Below, one piece after another: positions 55,459 to 64,000 of a DNA stretch of 64,000 bases; the stretch's first letter is position 1; the number at the start of each line of letters is the position of its first letter. The position numbers and the translations under genes were made by a program. The stretch covers positions 155,188-219,187 of the forward strand of contig JACPFP010000002.1 of NCBI GenBank assembly GCA_016182915.1. The letters are read 5' to 3'. This DNA comes from Candidatus Dojkabacteria bacterium. Its GTDB lineage: Bacteria; Patescibacteriota; Dojkabacteria; SC72. The notes under the pieces are model-generated. The model had not been told where the DNA came from. It searched no databases and saw only the letters and a program-made list of their open reading frames with translations.

Positions 55459-56945
55459 CGTAACACCACACTAATATCAGTCCTCATTCTAGCGAGAGAT
55501 ACTAGCAAAAGAGCGATTAACAGTATAACCGGTAATAGATAGCCCATATCAATTGCGGCGAGCTTCAGTTTACCACCGAATTCAACAACTATGCCTGTTG
55601 TGACGAATAGAATGCTAATTATTTTTGCAATAATTATACTTATATTCACTGAAATCTCTCTAAGAAACATATACATTATTCCCAGTGGCATCATAAACTC
55701 GAGAGTGCTTAATACTAGAAAATTAGTTATCACAGATATAGTTGAGACACTTCCAAAGTTAATGCTTGAAACAGGCATAACTACAGCTGAGCATACTAAA
55801 GGTATTAATATCGCATCTGTAATATTAACCATCTTTTTTATTGCGGGAACTATAAAAACAATACCAAACGTTGCTAAAAATGATAGCTGAAAGCCAATAT
55901 CAAATAGATATAGGGGGTTGAATATTAGCATTGTAATACAAACTAGGAAAAGATTAAAAAGAGGCGGCAATGGATATCCAGCAAAGTTAGCCAGTATACC
56001 AAATACATTTGAGAGCATTGCTCGAAGTACCGAGGCCGTGTTACCTGCTATAAAACAGTAAAGTAGGACAATTGGTACTGAAAGAAACTTACGTAAACGC
56101 ACATTCAGAAAGAAAAATAGACTCTCTGTAAGAGATTGTACAAAAAGAATATTATAACCAGATGCTGCAACGATATGAGACAGACCTGTAGCCCTTATAG
56201 CGCTTTGAAACTCCTCTGTGTACACACGATCATCCCCAAACATAATACCAATTAACAGCGAGGCATTGGGTTCATCTAATCCCCTTTCTATCCCTCTTAC
56301 AATATGACTTTTGATTATATGTAAGGTAAATATTGAGAGTCCCTCCTTCCTCACACAATCGATATGAAATAATCTTACCTGCAAATAGGTGTTACTGTTA
56401 ATTAAATACTTTGAAAACCCATCATCTCCCATTACGAAAGTTGGATCTCCCTGAAAAACGCACCTACTTCCCTTCTCTACCTCTGGATATCTAGGGACTT
56501 GCATGTAGATATTCGCTCCATTTTTAAGTTTTCCCCATACAATCTGGTACCTTGATTTCTGTTTTACACGATTTCTAACCTCCACATAGTACCTCCCCAC
56601 CCTTAACTCATCCTCTACCACCTCATGCGCCTTCTCAATCTGATTATCTATCTTACCCTTAACTACTAATATCGAGATTCCTGAAACTATAATGGAAACA
56701 AGTAGGATATAACCCAATCTTTTAAAATCCCTTTTTATGACAAAAGGGAGAATCAAAAGAAAGAGAAAGAGTGTATACAATAGATATGGACCTCCTAACA
56801 ACAATTTAAGGCCTAAGGATATAAGCAGAAATATTAGAATAGGAATAACTATCAAAGGGTTTACTATTAAATGGTAGTAGTACCAATCAAACTCTTTTTT
56901 AAAACGAAGTGCTGTGGAGATTAAGAGCCTTCTAACTATAAACAT
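55455..56945 (-). CDS. comEC: ComEC/Rec2 membrane competence channel (DUF4131 plus competence domain)
   Basis: Polytopic protein with a competence-domain signature (LSHIVAASGYNILFV). 496 aa. Confidence 0.8.
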   Translation of the reverse strand: MFIVRRLLISTALRFKKEFDWYYYHLIVNPLIVIPILIFLLISLGLKLLLGGPYLLYTLFLFLLILPFVIKRDFKRLGYILLVSIIVSGISILVVKGKIDNQIEKAHEVVEDELRVGRYYVEVRNRVKQKSRYQIVWGKLKNGANIYMQVPRYPEVEKGSRCVFQGDPTFVMGDDGFSKYLINSNTYLQVRLFHIDCVRKEGLSIFTLHIIKSHIVRGIERGLDEPNASLLIGIMFGDDRVYTEEFQSAIRATGLSHIVAASGYNILFVQSLTESLFFFLNVRLRKFLSVPIVLLYCFIAGNTASVLRAMLSNVFGILANFAGYPLPPLFNLFLVCITMLIFNPLYLFDIGFQLSFLATFGIVFIVPAIKKMVNITDAILIPLVCSAVVMPVSSINFGSVSTISVITNFLVLSTLEFMMPLGIMYMFLREISVNISIIIAKIISILFVTTGIVVEFGGKLKLAAIDMGYLLPVILLIALLLVSLARMRTDISVVLR

Positions 56946-57583
56946 ATTGCATCTTTTATCTGCTCAAATAGTTTATCGCTTATCCCAGCCCTACTTTTTA
57001 CCTCCTCAGCTTTACTGTATGGACGAGAGGCCATAATCTTCTTTGCTGATACTTCTCCAATACCATTTAGATCTTCAAGCTCCTTTTGAGTTGCATTATT
57101 TAGACTCACACAACCCTTTTCTCCTTCAGAATCAATATAATCATCTAGTTTTAAGTCTGCAACAAATGGGACATGCTCACATTTCAAATCATCTTCGAAT
57201 GGAAAGTATAACTTCTGGTTTCCTGTAAGCTTTTCTGCCAGGTTTATTCTCTGTGATACATATCTAGAAGCGGCTAAACGGTTGAGCCCCCCAGAGGCAT
57301 CTAATGCCTCACTGATAATGCTTTGGTCTGTGAAACAATACACTCCCGGCTTGTTAACCGCTCCTGCGACCTCTACCGGAAAGGTGCAGACCTCTTCTTT
57401 AGCTATCCCTTTAACGCTTTCTTCCCCCTCCTGTCCTATATCTGAGATATCCAAAGTTACTTTCTCTTTACGAGTATCAAATATTGAATCTATCGGAAAG
57501 AAATATCCTAATCCATAGCCAAAGGCCACACCAAAGAGGAATACGATTGAATATATGTATATAGGTTTTAATTTGTGAGGCAT
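56936..57583 (-). CDS. comEA: ComEA-like DNA receptor (TM anchor, SLBB and helix-hairpin-helix)
   Basis: C-terminal HhH (SLNNATQKELEDLNGIGEVSAKKIMASRPY). Located upstream of comEC. Confidence 0.8.
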   Translation of the reverse strand: MPHKLKPIYIYSIVFLFGVAFGYGLGYFFPIDSIFDTRKEKVTLDISDIGQEGEESVKGIAKEEVCTFPVEVAGAVNKPGVYCFTDQSIISEALDASGGLNRLAASRYVSQRINLAEKLTGNQKLYFPFEDDLKCEHVPFVADLKLDDYIDSEGEKGCVSLNNATQKELEDLNGIGEVSAKKIMASRPYSKAEEVKSRAGISDKLFEQIKDAICL

Positions 57584-57620
57584 ACTTAATGATACCTCAC
57601 CGTGATGAAATCAAAATGAA

Positions 57621-58463
57621 CTACTGTGCGCTTATTACAATCTCCTGAATCTTCACCTTGGAAGTTGGTTGGGAACTTGAGTTAACGTTTACCGCCTCAA
57701 TCTTATCAACCGTCTCAAAACCAGAAACAACCTTTCCAAAGACAGTATGCTTTCCATTTAGATACTCACCTGTATATCTCTTTGTTGTAATGAAGAACTG
57801 AGAACCGTTTGTATTTGGACCTGAGTTAGCCATTGCAAGAACGTAGGGTTCAAACTTAGCTGCACTCTTCCCTGCTGTATATCTATAACCTAACTTCTCA
57901 TAGAATTCCTTAACGGAGATATTTAGATTGGCATTAATCTCACTACTTGTATAGAAAGAACGAAGGAAGGTAGCATCACTAACCTTCAAACTACCAAGCC
58001 CCATGGCATCAGCATCTATTTCGTCTTCAAAAGTATATCCAGGACCACCAGTTCCATCTCCGACAGGATCTCCTCCTTGTATCACAAAGTCTCTTACAAC
58101 CCTATGGAATGTTAAGCCATCGTAGAACTTCTCATTAGCAAGAAATGCAAAACTACCTACTGTTATAGGAGCTTCATCTTCGAAAAGGTCAACAACAATC
58201 TGTCCGTAATCTGTGTATATTGTAGCGGTATAATCCTTACTTGGATCTATCTGGTCAACCTGACTCAAGGTATACTTCTTCCCATTACCTCCGGTACCAA
58301 CAAGGTCATCAATTCCCCCATTAGTTAAATCGTCACTTATTGTGAAAATATTACCACCACTTGAAAAAACATATCCTAATATAAGTACCATACCTACTAT
58401 TCCTAATGATCCTAAAATTATTTTTTTGTGATCTTTGAATACATCACCAAGATTGAATCCCAT
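57621..58463 (-). CDS. membrane-anchored cyclophilin-type peptidyl-prolyl isomerase
   Basis: HRVVRDFVIQGGDP...GTGGPGYTFEDE cyclophilin core, with an N-terminal TM helix. Confidence 0.9.
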   Translation of the reverse strand: MGFNLGDVFKDHKKIILGSLGIVGMVLILGYVFSSGGNIFTISDDLTNGGIDDLVGTGGNGKKYTLSQVDQIDPSKDYTATIYTDYGQIVVDLFEDEAPITVGSFAFLANEKFYDGLTFHRVVRDFVIQGGDPVGDGTGGPGYTFEDEIDADAMGLGSLKVSDATFLRSFYTSSEINANLNISVKEFYEKLGYRYTAGKSAAKFEPYVLAMANSGPNTNGSQFFITTKRYTGEYLNGKHTVFGKVVSGFETVDKIEAVNVNSSSQPTSKVKIQEIVISAQ

Positions 58464-58485
58464 ATCAAAGTACTAATTAATTTAC

Positions 58486-61400
58486 CTATTTCTCGATTGT
58501 GAGTTTAACATAAATAACCCCACTAGTTTTATTATACACCTGAATAGTATTACTATCATAATATTCAAAGTAGTACTCAGAACCAAGTCCCTTAGAGGTA
58601 AAACCGTATCCTTGAGAGTTATCTGACTTAATTATATTGATAGATGATGGAGTCGCGTTGAAGTTATGATGAACCTTCAGACTTGAGTTTGGAGATATCC
58701 TTACCCATTCACTTCGGTATATTCCCTTCCCCCCTACAGATCCTGTACCATCTACACTAAATACCACCTCTCCCTTAACATTCTTAATAACAAACATGTC
58801 ATTTATACTGCTACCAATCTCAAGAACAAGACTGCCACTCTCAGATTTAAGATGTCCTGCAATCAACAGATCCCCTCCTACAGAGAGATTCCCTCCTGAA
58901 TCAGAAACGAGACTACCATTGCCGATATTTAGAAGATTACCATTTAAGATACCAAAGTTTGCACTTGTTCCTTCAATCCTATTTACAGAAACTTCTTTAT
59001 CTGTCTTCAGCGAGTCCCCTTCAATTGTCCAACCGCTACCTTCACCCCCTAATCTACCACCAGAGTAATCGGAGAGAAGACTTGCCATCTCATCGCTCAC
59101 CCATTGTGGTTGATACCAAACCACATCTACAAATGCCATAACCTTACCTATGTAAATTGAATCTGAAAGGGTCAAGTTATATGTATTCATAAGAGTACCC
59201 CTTAAGGAAGCCTCGAATGAGTCTACAGGGACCTTGAAGCAAGGCTTAGATTCATTCTGCCCTTTATCCGCTGGCCACTTAATATCAGATATTGTGTTAA
59301 CAGTAGTACACGAAGCATCGCTCCAATCAAATGTATCTTCGAGAGCTTTGGCAACTATAATTCCAGAATCATTTCGAGTAACTCCAATACCGTCTAAAGC
59401 AGAAGCTGTTATCACATCACCCTTCTCTACGCTTCTTCCTGCTGTCATTACTTTCACAGGCAATCTACCTATAAGCCCTATAGGCCTCGAGTTATCCTTA
59501 TTGTTATCGTTCATCAGTAATCCTGGTGAGGTTGAGACTACCCCCATAACTGATGCTACATTATCCGGGTTTGCTTTCTGAACTTCACCAATTGCATTAG
59601 GATCCAAACTCACAAGATCCCCTGCCTCAATGGACAGATCGCTTACCTCATACATTTCAGCTAGGTCAGCGCTCTGTACACTAGTATTATTAGCATAGAT
59701 TGTACCTGCAGTGGCTCCAGCACACGCATCGGCATTTGATTTAACACAAAGTGCACCTACAACTTTAAGTTCAACATCGGGAGTTGCATCCCCAATCCCT
59801 ACAAATCCACTTCCTCTATACACATTTCCTCCAACTTCAGTCCATCCAGAACCTAGTGCACTCGCTCCACCTGATGTTGTGACATTGATTCTTAAATCTT
59901 GAGTTTGTCCTGAGTAGTTATACAACCTTGTGGTATTAGCATCAGTATTTACTAGTTTATATCCAGTTTTCCATGTTAACTGTACATTATATAGCGTTGG
60001 CTTATAGCTCTCATTTGTTGTAGTAAATACCGCTCGATACTGAATATAATTATTTACTGTCGACGTAATAGTAGATCCGGAGCTGTTTCTTAATAGCCTT
60101 TCACCTTTCATATTATCCAGCTGAATAGTAGTACTTGTAGGGATAATTGTCATTCTAATCTTGGTGACAGCATTTCTTAATGATTTATCAACATCTCTAA
60201 TATCCCAGTATACTTTTTGCCATGTATTTGCCCTATCTATATTAATAGTTTCTTCGTTTTCTGTGGCAGAACTTTCTCCAAAACCTAGTTTTAGTATATT
60301 TCCTGTAGTACCTGAGTATACCCATGCAGATATATAATCGTAATTTGAAAGATCCGTTGAGGTTATAGTATCTTCAGCATAACCATTAGCAGAAGTTGAA
60401 ACAAACTTCGAAATATTTCCAACAGTCCCTTCATCTTCATCCTCACTATAATCAATATTTCGAGTAGCATCACCGTCGGCCACGACACTCTGATTAGTAA
60501 CCGTCCAGTCACCAACAGTATTCATATTATTCAAGTCGATGTAATTAGTGCCCTGTGTAACCGGTTTCCAAGCTTCCCAAGTTCCATCCGTACTATTATT
60601 TGACGCACCGGATCTAGTTTGGAATTGGATATCTCCATATCCGTTATCGTTGAAGTTCCACGCAAGATTTCCATAATCTGTTGCCTGGTATGTAGGGATT
60701 TCTTCTGAGACAAATACACCATAGTTATATCCCGGTATTGTTGTGGATGTGAAAGTAGGTGTTGTAGTACCTGTTGGGTTAGTAGCTGAATATACAGCAA
60801 TTCTTCCAACGCCTCCAGCTCCACCATTGGCAGCATAAGAACCACCGCCCATATTTCCTGCTCCACCACTTCCTCCTGAGGTAGTACTTGCAGTACCAAG
60901 GGACACACTATTTCCAACAACCTTTATAGATCCACCAGCACCACCACCACCACCTCCTCCTCCCCAACCTCCTGATCCTGCGGCAGTAGTTCCCGCACTT
61001 CCAGCTGAAGTTAGATACCCAGAAACTGAAACTGTACTACCAGCAATAAATACTATACCTCCTCCATCTCCTCCTATCCCTCCATTGTAACTAGTAGTGT
61101 TACTCATTCCTCCACCACCATTTCCTCCAGAAGCACCAAAAAAGAGCTTGGTCAAATCTGAATCTCCATAGGTACCACCACCACCTCCTCCCCCTGCATA
61201 ACCATAAGTACTAGCTATTGAATTACCTCCGGCACCGCTCTGATTAGTAGAACCATTCCATCCTCCATTATTTAGGGCTCCGACTCCACCACTTCCCCCT
61301 CCTCCATAACCACCACCACCTCCTCCTCCTCCAATTCCATAATTACTTGATGAAGACGCACCGCCTGCACCACCCGCTCCACCAACAGCAATACCAGCTC

Positions 61401-63348
61401 CACCCGTTGAGTTTATATATCCAGCCCCACCACCACCACCACACTTATTGTTTGTATACCCAGCATATTGAGTACCATTATTACCTCCAGCACCACCTCC
61501 AGAATCCCCTGGTGGCGCTACGTTACCCGCACAAAAGGCTTCCCCTCCATATGCATATGTTGCATAACCAGTTGCGGTTGTTGATGCGGCGTAACCCCTA
61601 GCCCAAGCTGACACAATTCCTGCAACAGATACAGTTCCCGTCGCTCTAAAGAAGATAACCCCGCCTTCTCCAGCACCATTATTTACTGCTCCTGTTGGTT
61701 GTACCCACTCGTCAGGAGAGAAAATAGTTCCAACTTCAACAGTTACATCTGTATAATTAGGTACTCTTTGCAACATAACAGTTTGATTACCTACACCTAG
61801 CCCTATATTTGTATCATCACTTGTACCATTTCCATAATACTTAGTTTTAGAGGTTGCGAAGTTTACTGTAGTGCCGGAAATACTACTAATACGCAATGTC
61901 TCATAATTACCTACGTTTGCATACTGCGTACCCGTACCTCTTAGATTTATTAACAATACTTCGTCGTTGACACTTAAACATCCTGTTGAAGAAGCACTTT
62001 CTAATACAGCGCTTGTATTATCTGGGAACGATGTGACACTGTAGTTAACAGCGTCACCACCATCGGCACATGATCGACCCGGAGTATTTGATACATTTAT
62101 ATTTACATTTGTACTTATTGTTCTAGCACCATCACTTCCATTTCCAAGGTCATTTACAGTATTTTGAGCTACTTGATTTGGTCCTACTAACGTTCTTAGC
62201 TTTTTGTAATCAACTAAAGGATATTCAGTCAAGGTAAGCCTGTTAGATTGGTAGAAGTCTACATCTACGAGATTTTTCACTCTATTTGCATCAATAGTGT
62301 ACGTTCCCGAAGGGTTAGTATATCCAACTGTAATTGCGGACAAAGTTGGAGTATTGGCAGTATTGGAAGTCGTTAATATTGCCCTATACTGTATGTAATC
62401 GTTAGCTGTAGAGGTTATGGTTGAGCCTCCTGGAGTTGTTAGGTAACTCTCTGCTTTAATACTATCGATATATGCAACTGTTGTATTAGTAGGGAGTGTA
62501 ACTCTGAACTTTGTTACTGCATCCCTTGATGTACCAGTTATTCCAGAAATATCCCAATATACTTTCTGCCATGTATTTATAGAATCAACACTAATTATTT
62601 TTTCCTGTTCTGTACCCGCTGACTCCCCAAATCCTAGCTTAATCGAATTCCCAGCAAAAGAAGATCTAACCCAAGCTGTGATATATGTATACGAAGAAAG
62701 GTCAACAGAAGGCGACAAAGTTGTCTCAGCGTATCCGTTAGCTAATGTTGCAGTTAGTTTTGTTATATTTCCACTAGTAAATTCATCTTCATCTTCGTGG
62801 TAATCAATGTTTCGAGTTATATCACCATCAGCAACAGTTACATTTGTTCCCGTGAAATCCGTATGTGTATTTAGATCGTTAATGACAAGTGAAGAGGTAG
62901 TCGGCTTCCAAGCTTCCCAAGTGCCATCTTTAGAATTTGGTGTTGCACCCGACCTTGTTTGCAATTGAATTTCTGTTCCAGAAGGGAGACTTTCAGTCCA
63001 ACCAATATTGCCATACGAAGTTGCATCTGGAGTGTGTACTTCCTTGCTTATATAAACGGCGTAGCTATTATATGAGAGCGTAAATGTTTGCTGAGCCGGT
63101 GAAGAAGTTCCAGAAATTGAATTGGAATAGTAGACTGCGATTCTTCCACTTCCACCGGTACCACCATTGGATGCTCCAGTACCATTTCCAGCAACACCTG
63201 CCCCTCCTCCAGCACCGTAAGCCGAAGTATTTGCGTTTACTGTAACTGAATTACCGACAAGTTTTATAGATCCACCAGCACCACCACCACCACCACCGCC
63301 TCCCAATATATATGGCACCACCACCATCTCCAGCGACCCCTCCACCAT
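58486..63348 (-). CDS. giant Gly-rich tandem-repeat surface protein, C-terminal 1620 aa
   Basis: Two ~760-aa internal repeats (QTRSGA..DGTWEAWKP... blocks) separated by poly-Gly/GGxGG tracts. C-terminal beta-rich domain with a tail-fibre-like GFVGIGDATPDVELKVVG motif. Confidence 0.7.
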   Translation of the reverse strand: MVEGSLEMVVVPYILGGGGGGGGAGGSIKLVGNSVTVNANTSAYGAGGGAGVAGNGTGASNGGTGGSGRIAVYYSNSISGTSSPAQQTFTLSYNSYAVYISKEVHTPDATSYGNIGWTESLPSGTEIQLQTRSGATPNSKDGTWEAWKPTTSSLVINDLNTHTDFTGTNVTVADGDITRNIDYHEDEDEFTSGNITKLTATLANGYAETTLSPSVDLSSYTYITAWVRSSFAGNSIKLGFGESAGTEQEKIISVDSINTWQKVYWDISGITGTSRDAVTKFRVTLPTNTTVAYIDSIKAESYLTTPGGSTITSTANDYIQYRAILTTSNTANTPTLSAITVGYTNPSGTYTIDANRVKNLVDVDFYQSNRLTLTEYPLVDYKKLRTLVGPNQVAQNTVNDLGNGSDGARTISTNVNINVSNTPGRSCADGGDAVNYSVTSFPDNTSAVLESASSTGCLSVNDEVLLINLRGTGTQYANVGNYETLRISSISGTTVNFATSKTKYYGNGTSDDTNIGLGVGNQTVMLQRVPNYTDVTVEVGTIFSPDEWVQPTGAVNNGAGEGGVIFFRATGTVSVAGIVSAWARGYAASTTATGYATYAYGGEAFCAGNVAPPGDSGGGAGGNNGTQYAGYTNNKCGGGGGAGYINSTGGAGIAVGGAGGAGGASSSSNYGIGGGGGGGGYGGGGSGGVGALNNGGWNGSTNQSGAGGNSIASTYGYAGGGGGGGTYGDSDLTKLFFGASGGNGGGGMSNTTSYNGGIGGDGGGIVFIAGSTVSVSGYLTSAGSAGTTAAGSGGWGGGGGGGGAGGSIKVVGNSVSLGTASTTSGGSGGAGNMGGGSYAANGGAGGVGRIAVYSATNPTGTTTPTFTSTTIPGYNYGVFVSEEIPTYQATDYGNLAWNFNDNGYGDIQFQTRSGASNNSTDGTWEAWKPVTQGTNYIDLNNMNTVGDWTVTNQSVVADGDATRNIDYSEDEDEGTVGNISKFVSTSANGYAEDTITSTDLSNYDYISAWVYSGTTGNILKLGFGESSATENEETINIDRANTWQKVYWDIRDVDKSLRNAVTKIRMTIIPTSTTIQLDNMKGERLLRNSSGSTITSTVNNYIQYRAVFTTTNESYKPTLYNVQLTWKTGYKLVNTDANTTRLYNYSGQTQDLRINVTTSGGASALGSGWTEVGGNVYRGSGFVGIGDATPDVELKVVGALCVKSNADACAGATAGTIYANNTSVQSADLAEMYEVSDLSIEAGDLVSLDPNAIGEVQKANPDNVASVMGVVSTSPGLLMNDNNKDNSRPIGLIGRLPVKVMTAGRSVEKGDVITASALDGIGVTRNDSGIIVAKALEDTFDWSDASCTTVNTISDIKWPADKGQNESKPCFKVPVDSFEASLRGTLMNTYNLTLSDSIYIGKVMAFVDVVWYQPQWVSDEMASLLSDYSGGRLGGEGSGWTIEGDSLKTDKEVSVNRIEGTSANFGILNGNLLNIGNGSLVSDSGGNLSVGGDLLIAGHLKSESGSLVLEIGSSINDMFVIKNVKGEVVFSVDGTGSVGGKGIYRSEWVRISPNSSLKVHHNFNATPSSINIIKSDNSQGYGFTSKGLGSEYYFEYYDSNTIQVYNKTSGVIYVKLTIEK

Positions 63349-63700
63349 AAGTAGTTACTCCACCAACCGTACCACCACCACCACCACCACCTGCAGATCC
63401 GAAATATAATTTAGTAATTGCTGTATCACCATATGTACCGCCACCACCACCACCGCCTCCATAACCATATGTAACTATATTTCCAACCCCACCGTTACCG
63501 CTTTGATTAGTAGAGCCATCTGTTCCAGTGTTATTATACGCACCAATTCCTCCAGTACCACCTCCTCCATAACCACCACCAGCACCACCTCCTCCAACAC
63601 CATAATTGTTTGCAGAACTACCACCACCAGCCCCACCAGCGCCACCTAGAGCTGTTCCACTACTGCCAGTTCCACTATATCCACCACCAGCACCTCCACC
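58700..63700. repeat. approx. 2.3-kb coding tandem repeats plus Gly-codon (GGN/CCACC) microrepeat tracts inside giant gene
   Basis: Protein-level duplication of ~760-aa units. Long runs of ccacc/ggtgg in 60.9-61.5 kb and 63.25-63.7 kb. Confidence 0.7.
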
Positions 63701-64000
63701 ACACTTGTTGTTTGTATAACCATTCCATGACGTTCCGTTGTTACCTCCAGCAGCACCTCCTGAATCCGAACCAGGAGCTCCATTTCCTGCACAGAATGCC
63801 TCTCCACCATATGCATATGAAGAATATAAAGCATTAGTTGTTGTGCCTAGATAACCTTTACCTGTAGCATGAATACTTCCAGCAATTGAGACTGATCCGG
63901 TTGCTCTAAAGAACATTATTCCTCCTTCGCCGGCCCCATTATTTACTGCTCCAGTTGGTTGGACCCAATCAGCTGGATAGAAAGTCGCCCCGGAATTAAC
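63251..64000 (-). CDS. upstream continuation of the same Gly-rich giant protein (different frame; extends beyond window end)
   Basis: Translation continues upstream of the annotated Met (…FYPADWVQPTGAVNNGAGEGGIMFFRATGS…) and reproduces a third copy of the repeat unit. It is frame-shifted relative to 58486-63348 within a CCACC/GGN homopolymeric tract. Confidence 0.6.
   Translation of the reverse strand, partial: VNSGATFYPADWVQPTGAVNNGAGEGGIMFFRATGSVSIAGSIHATGKGYLGTTTNALYSSYAYGGEAFCAGNGAPGSDSGGAAGGNNGTSWNGYTNNKCGGGAGGGYSGTGSSGTALGGAGGAGGGSSANNYGVGGGGAGGGYGGGGTGGIGAYNNTGTDGSTNQSGNGGVGNIVTYGYGGGGGGGGTYGDTAITKLYFGSAGGGGGGGTVGGVTTYGGGVAGDGGGAIYIGRRWWWWWCWWIYKTCR

Noticed and set aside
60900-63700. 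Possible CRISPR-like or simple-sequence array suggested by periodic ccacc/ggtgg repeats, with His/Gln-rich (61347-61601, 63610-63837) and Trp-rich reading frames.
   Set aside because: The periodicity is 3 nt (Gly codons) with no alternation of fixed-length repeats and unique spacers. The region translates in frame into the Gly-rich repeat protein. The H/Q/W-rich ORFs are out-of-frame readings of the same tract.

Overview
AT-rich bacterial chromosomal segment with no intron-like features. TGA is used as a stop codon and tRNA-Trp carries CCA, so the standard genetic code applies. Gene content is suggestive of a Patescibacteria/CPR-like organism: compact genome, rpsB-tsf-frr without pyrH, competence genes comEA/comEC/dprA, aaRS fusions and a giant Gly-rich surface protein. 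Working left to right, the window holds a minus-strand housekeeping block: rseP(partial)-frr-tsf-rpsB, DHH and HAD hydrolases, radC, topA, dprA, mrdA(PBP2)-mreD-mreC-mreB and rpmB. Next comes a small accessory patch with tRNA-Thr, tRNA-Tyr, tRNA-Thr, three GC-richer hypotheticals and an RRM RNA-binding protein. This is followed by the conserved rpmG-tRNATrp-secE-nusG-rplK-rplA-rplJ-rplL cluster, which is not followed by rpoBC. Instead, immediately after the rplL terminator lies an ~12 kb island (22.1-34.7 kb) packed with ATP-grasp amidoligases and peptidases. These comprise a 7TM protein with a RimK-like ATP-grasp fused to a retropepsin-like DTG domain; two cyanophycin-synthetase-like ATP-grasp proteins that lack the Mur-ligase domain; an Ntn-hydrolase-like protein; a GT4 glycosyltransferase with alpha/beta-hydrolase; another ATP-grasp convergent with a MATCAP/DUF1704-like QEGLA-motif metallocarboxypeptidase; an O-antigen-ligase-like membrane protein; and a second MreB paralog. 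This island is the best candidate for a poorly described peptide-tagging and surface-polymer modification system. Downstream are trpS with an N-terminal YbaK-like editing domain, a PEGA-domain membrane protein, tRNA-Arg(CCT), uvrA, uppS, proS, SDR/TrmB-like genes and tRNA-Pro. argS carries an N-terminal B3/4 domain and is preceded by three tRNA-Arg genes (TCG, GCG, TCT). Then come a DegT aminotransferase, a split comEC with comEA, a cyclophilin, and a >1,850-aa Gly-rich tandem-repeat giant protein. The giant protein is frame-disrupted near 63.3 kb and runs off the window end. No CRISPR array, transposase or integrase was recognised.
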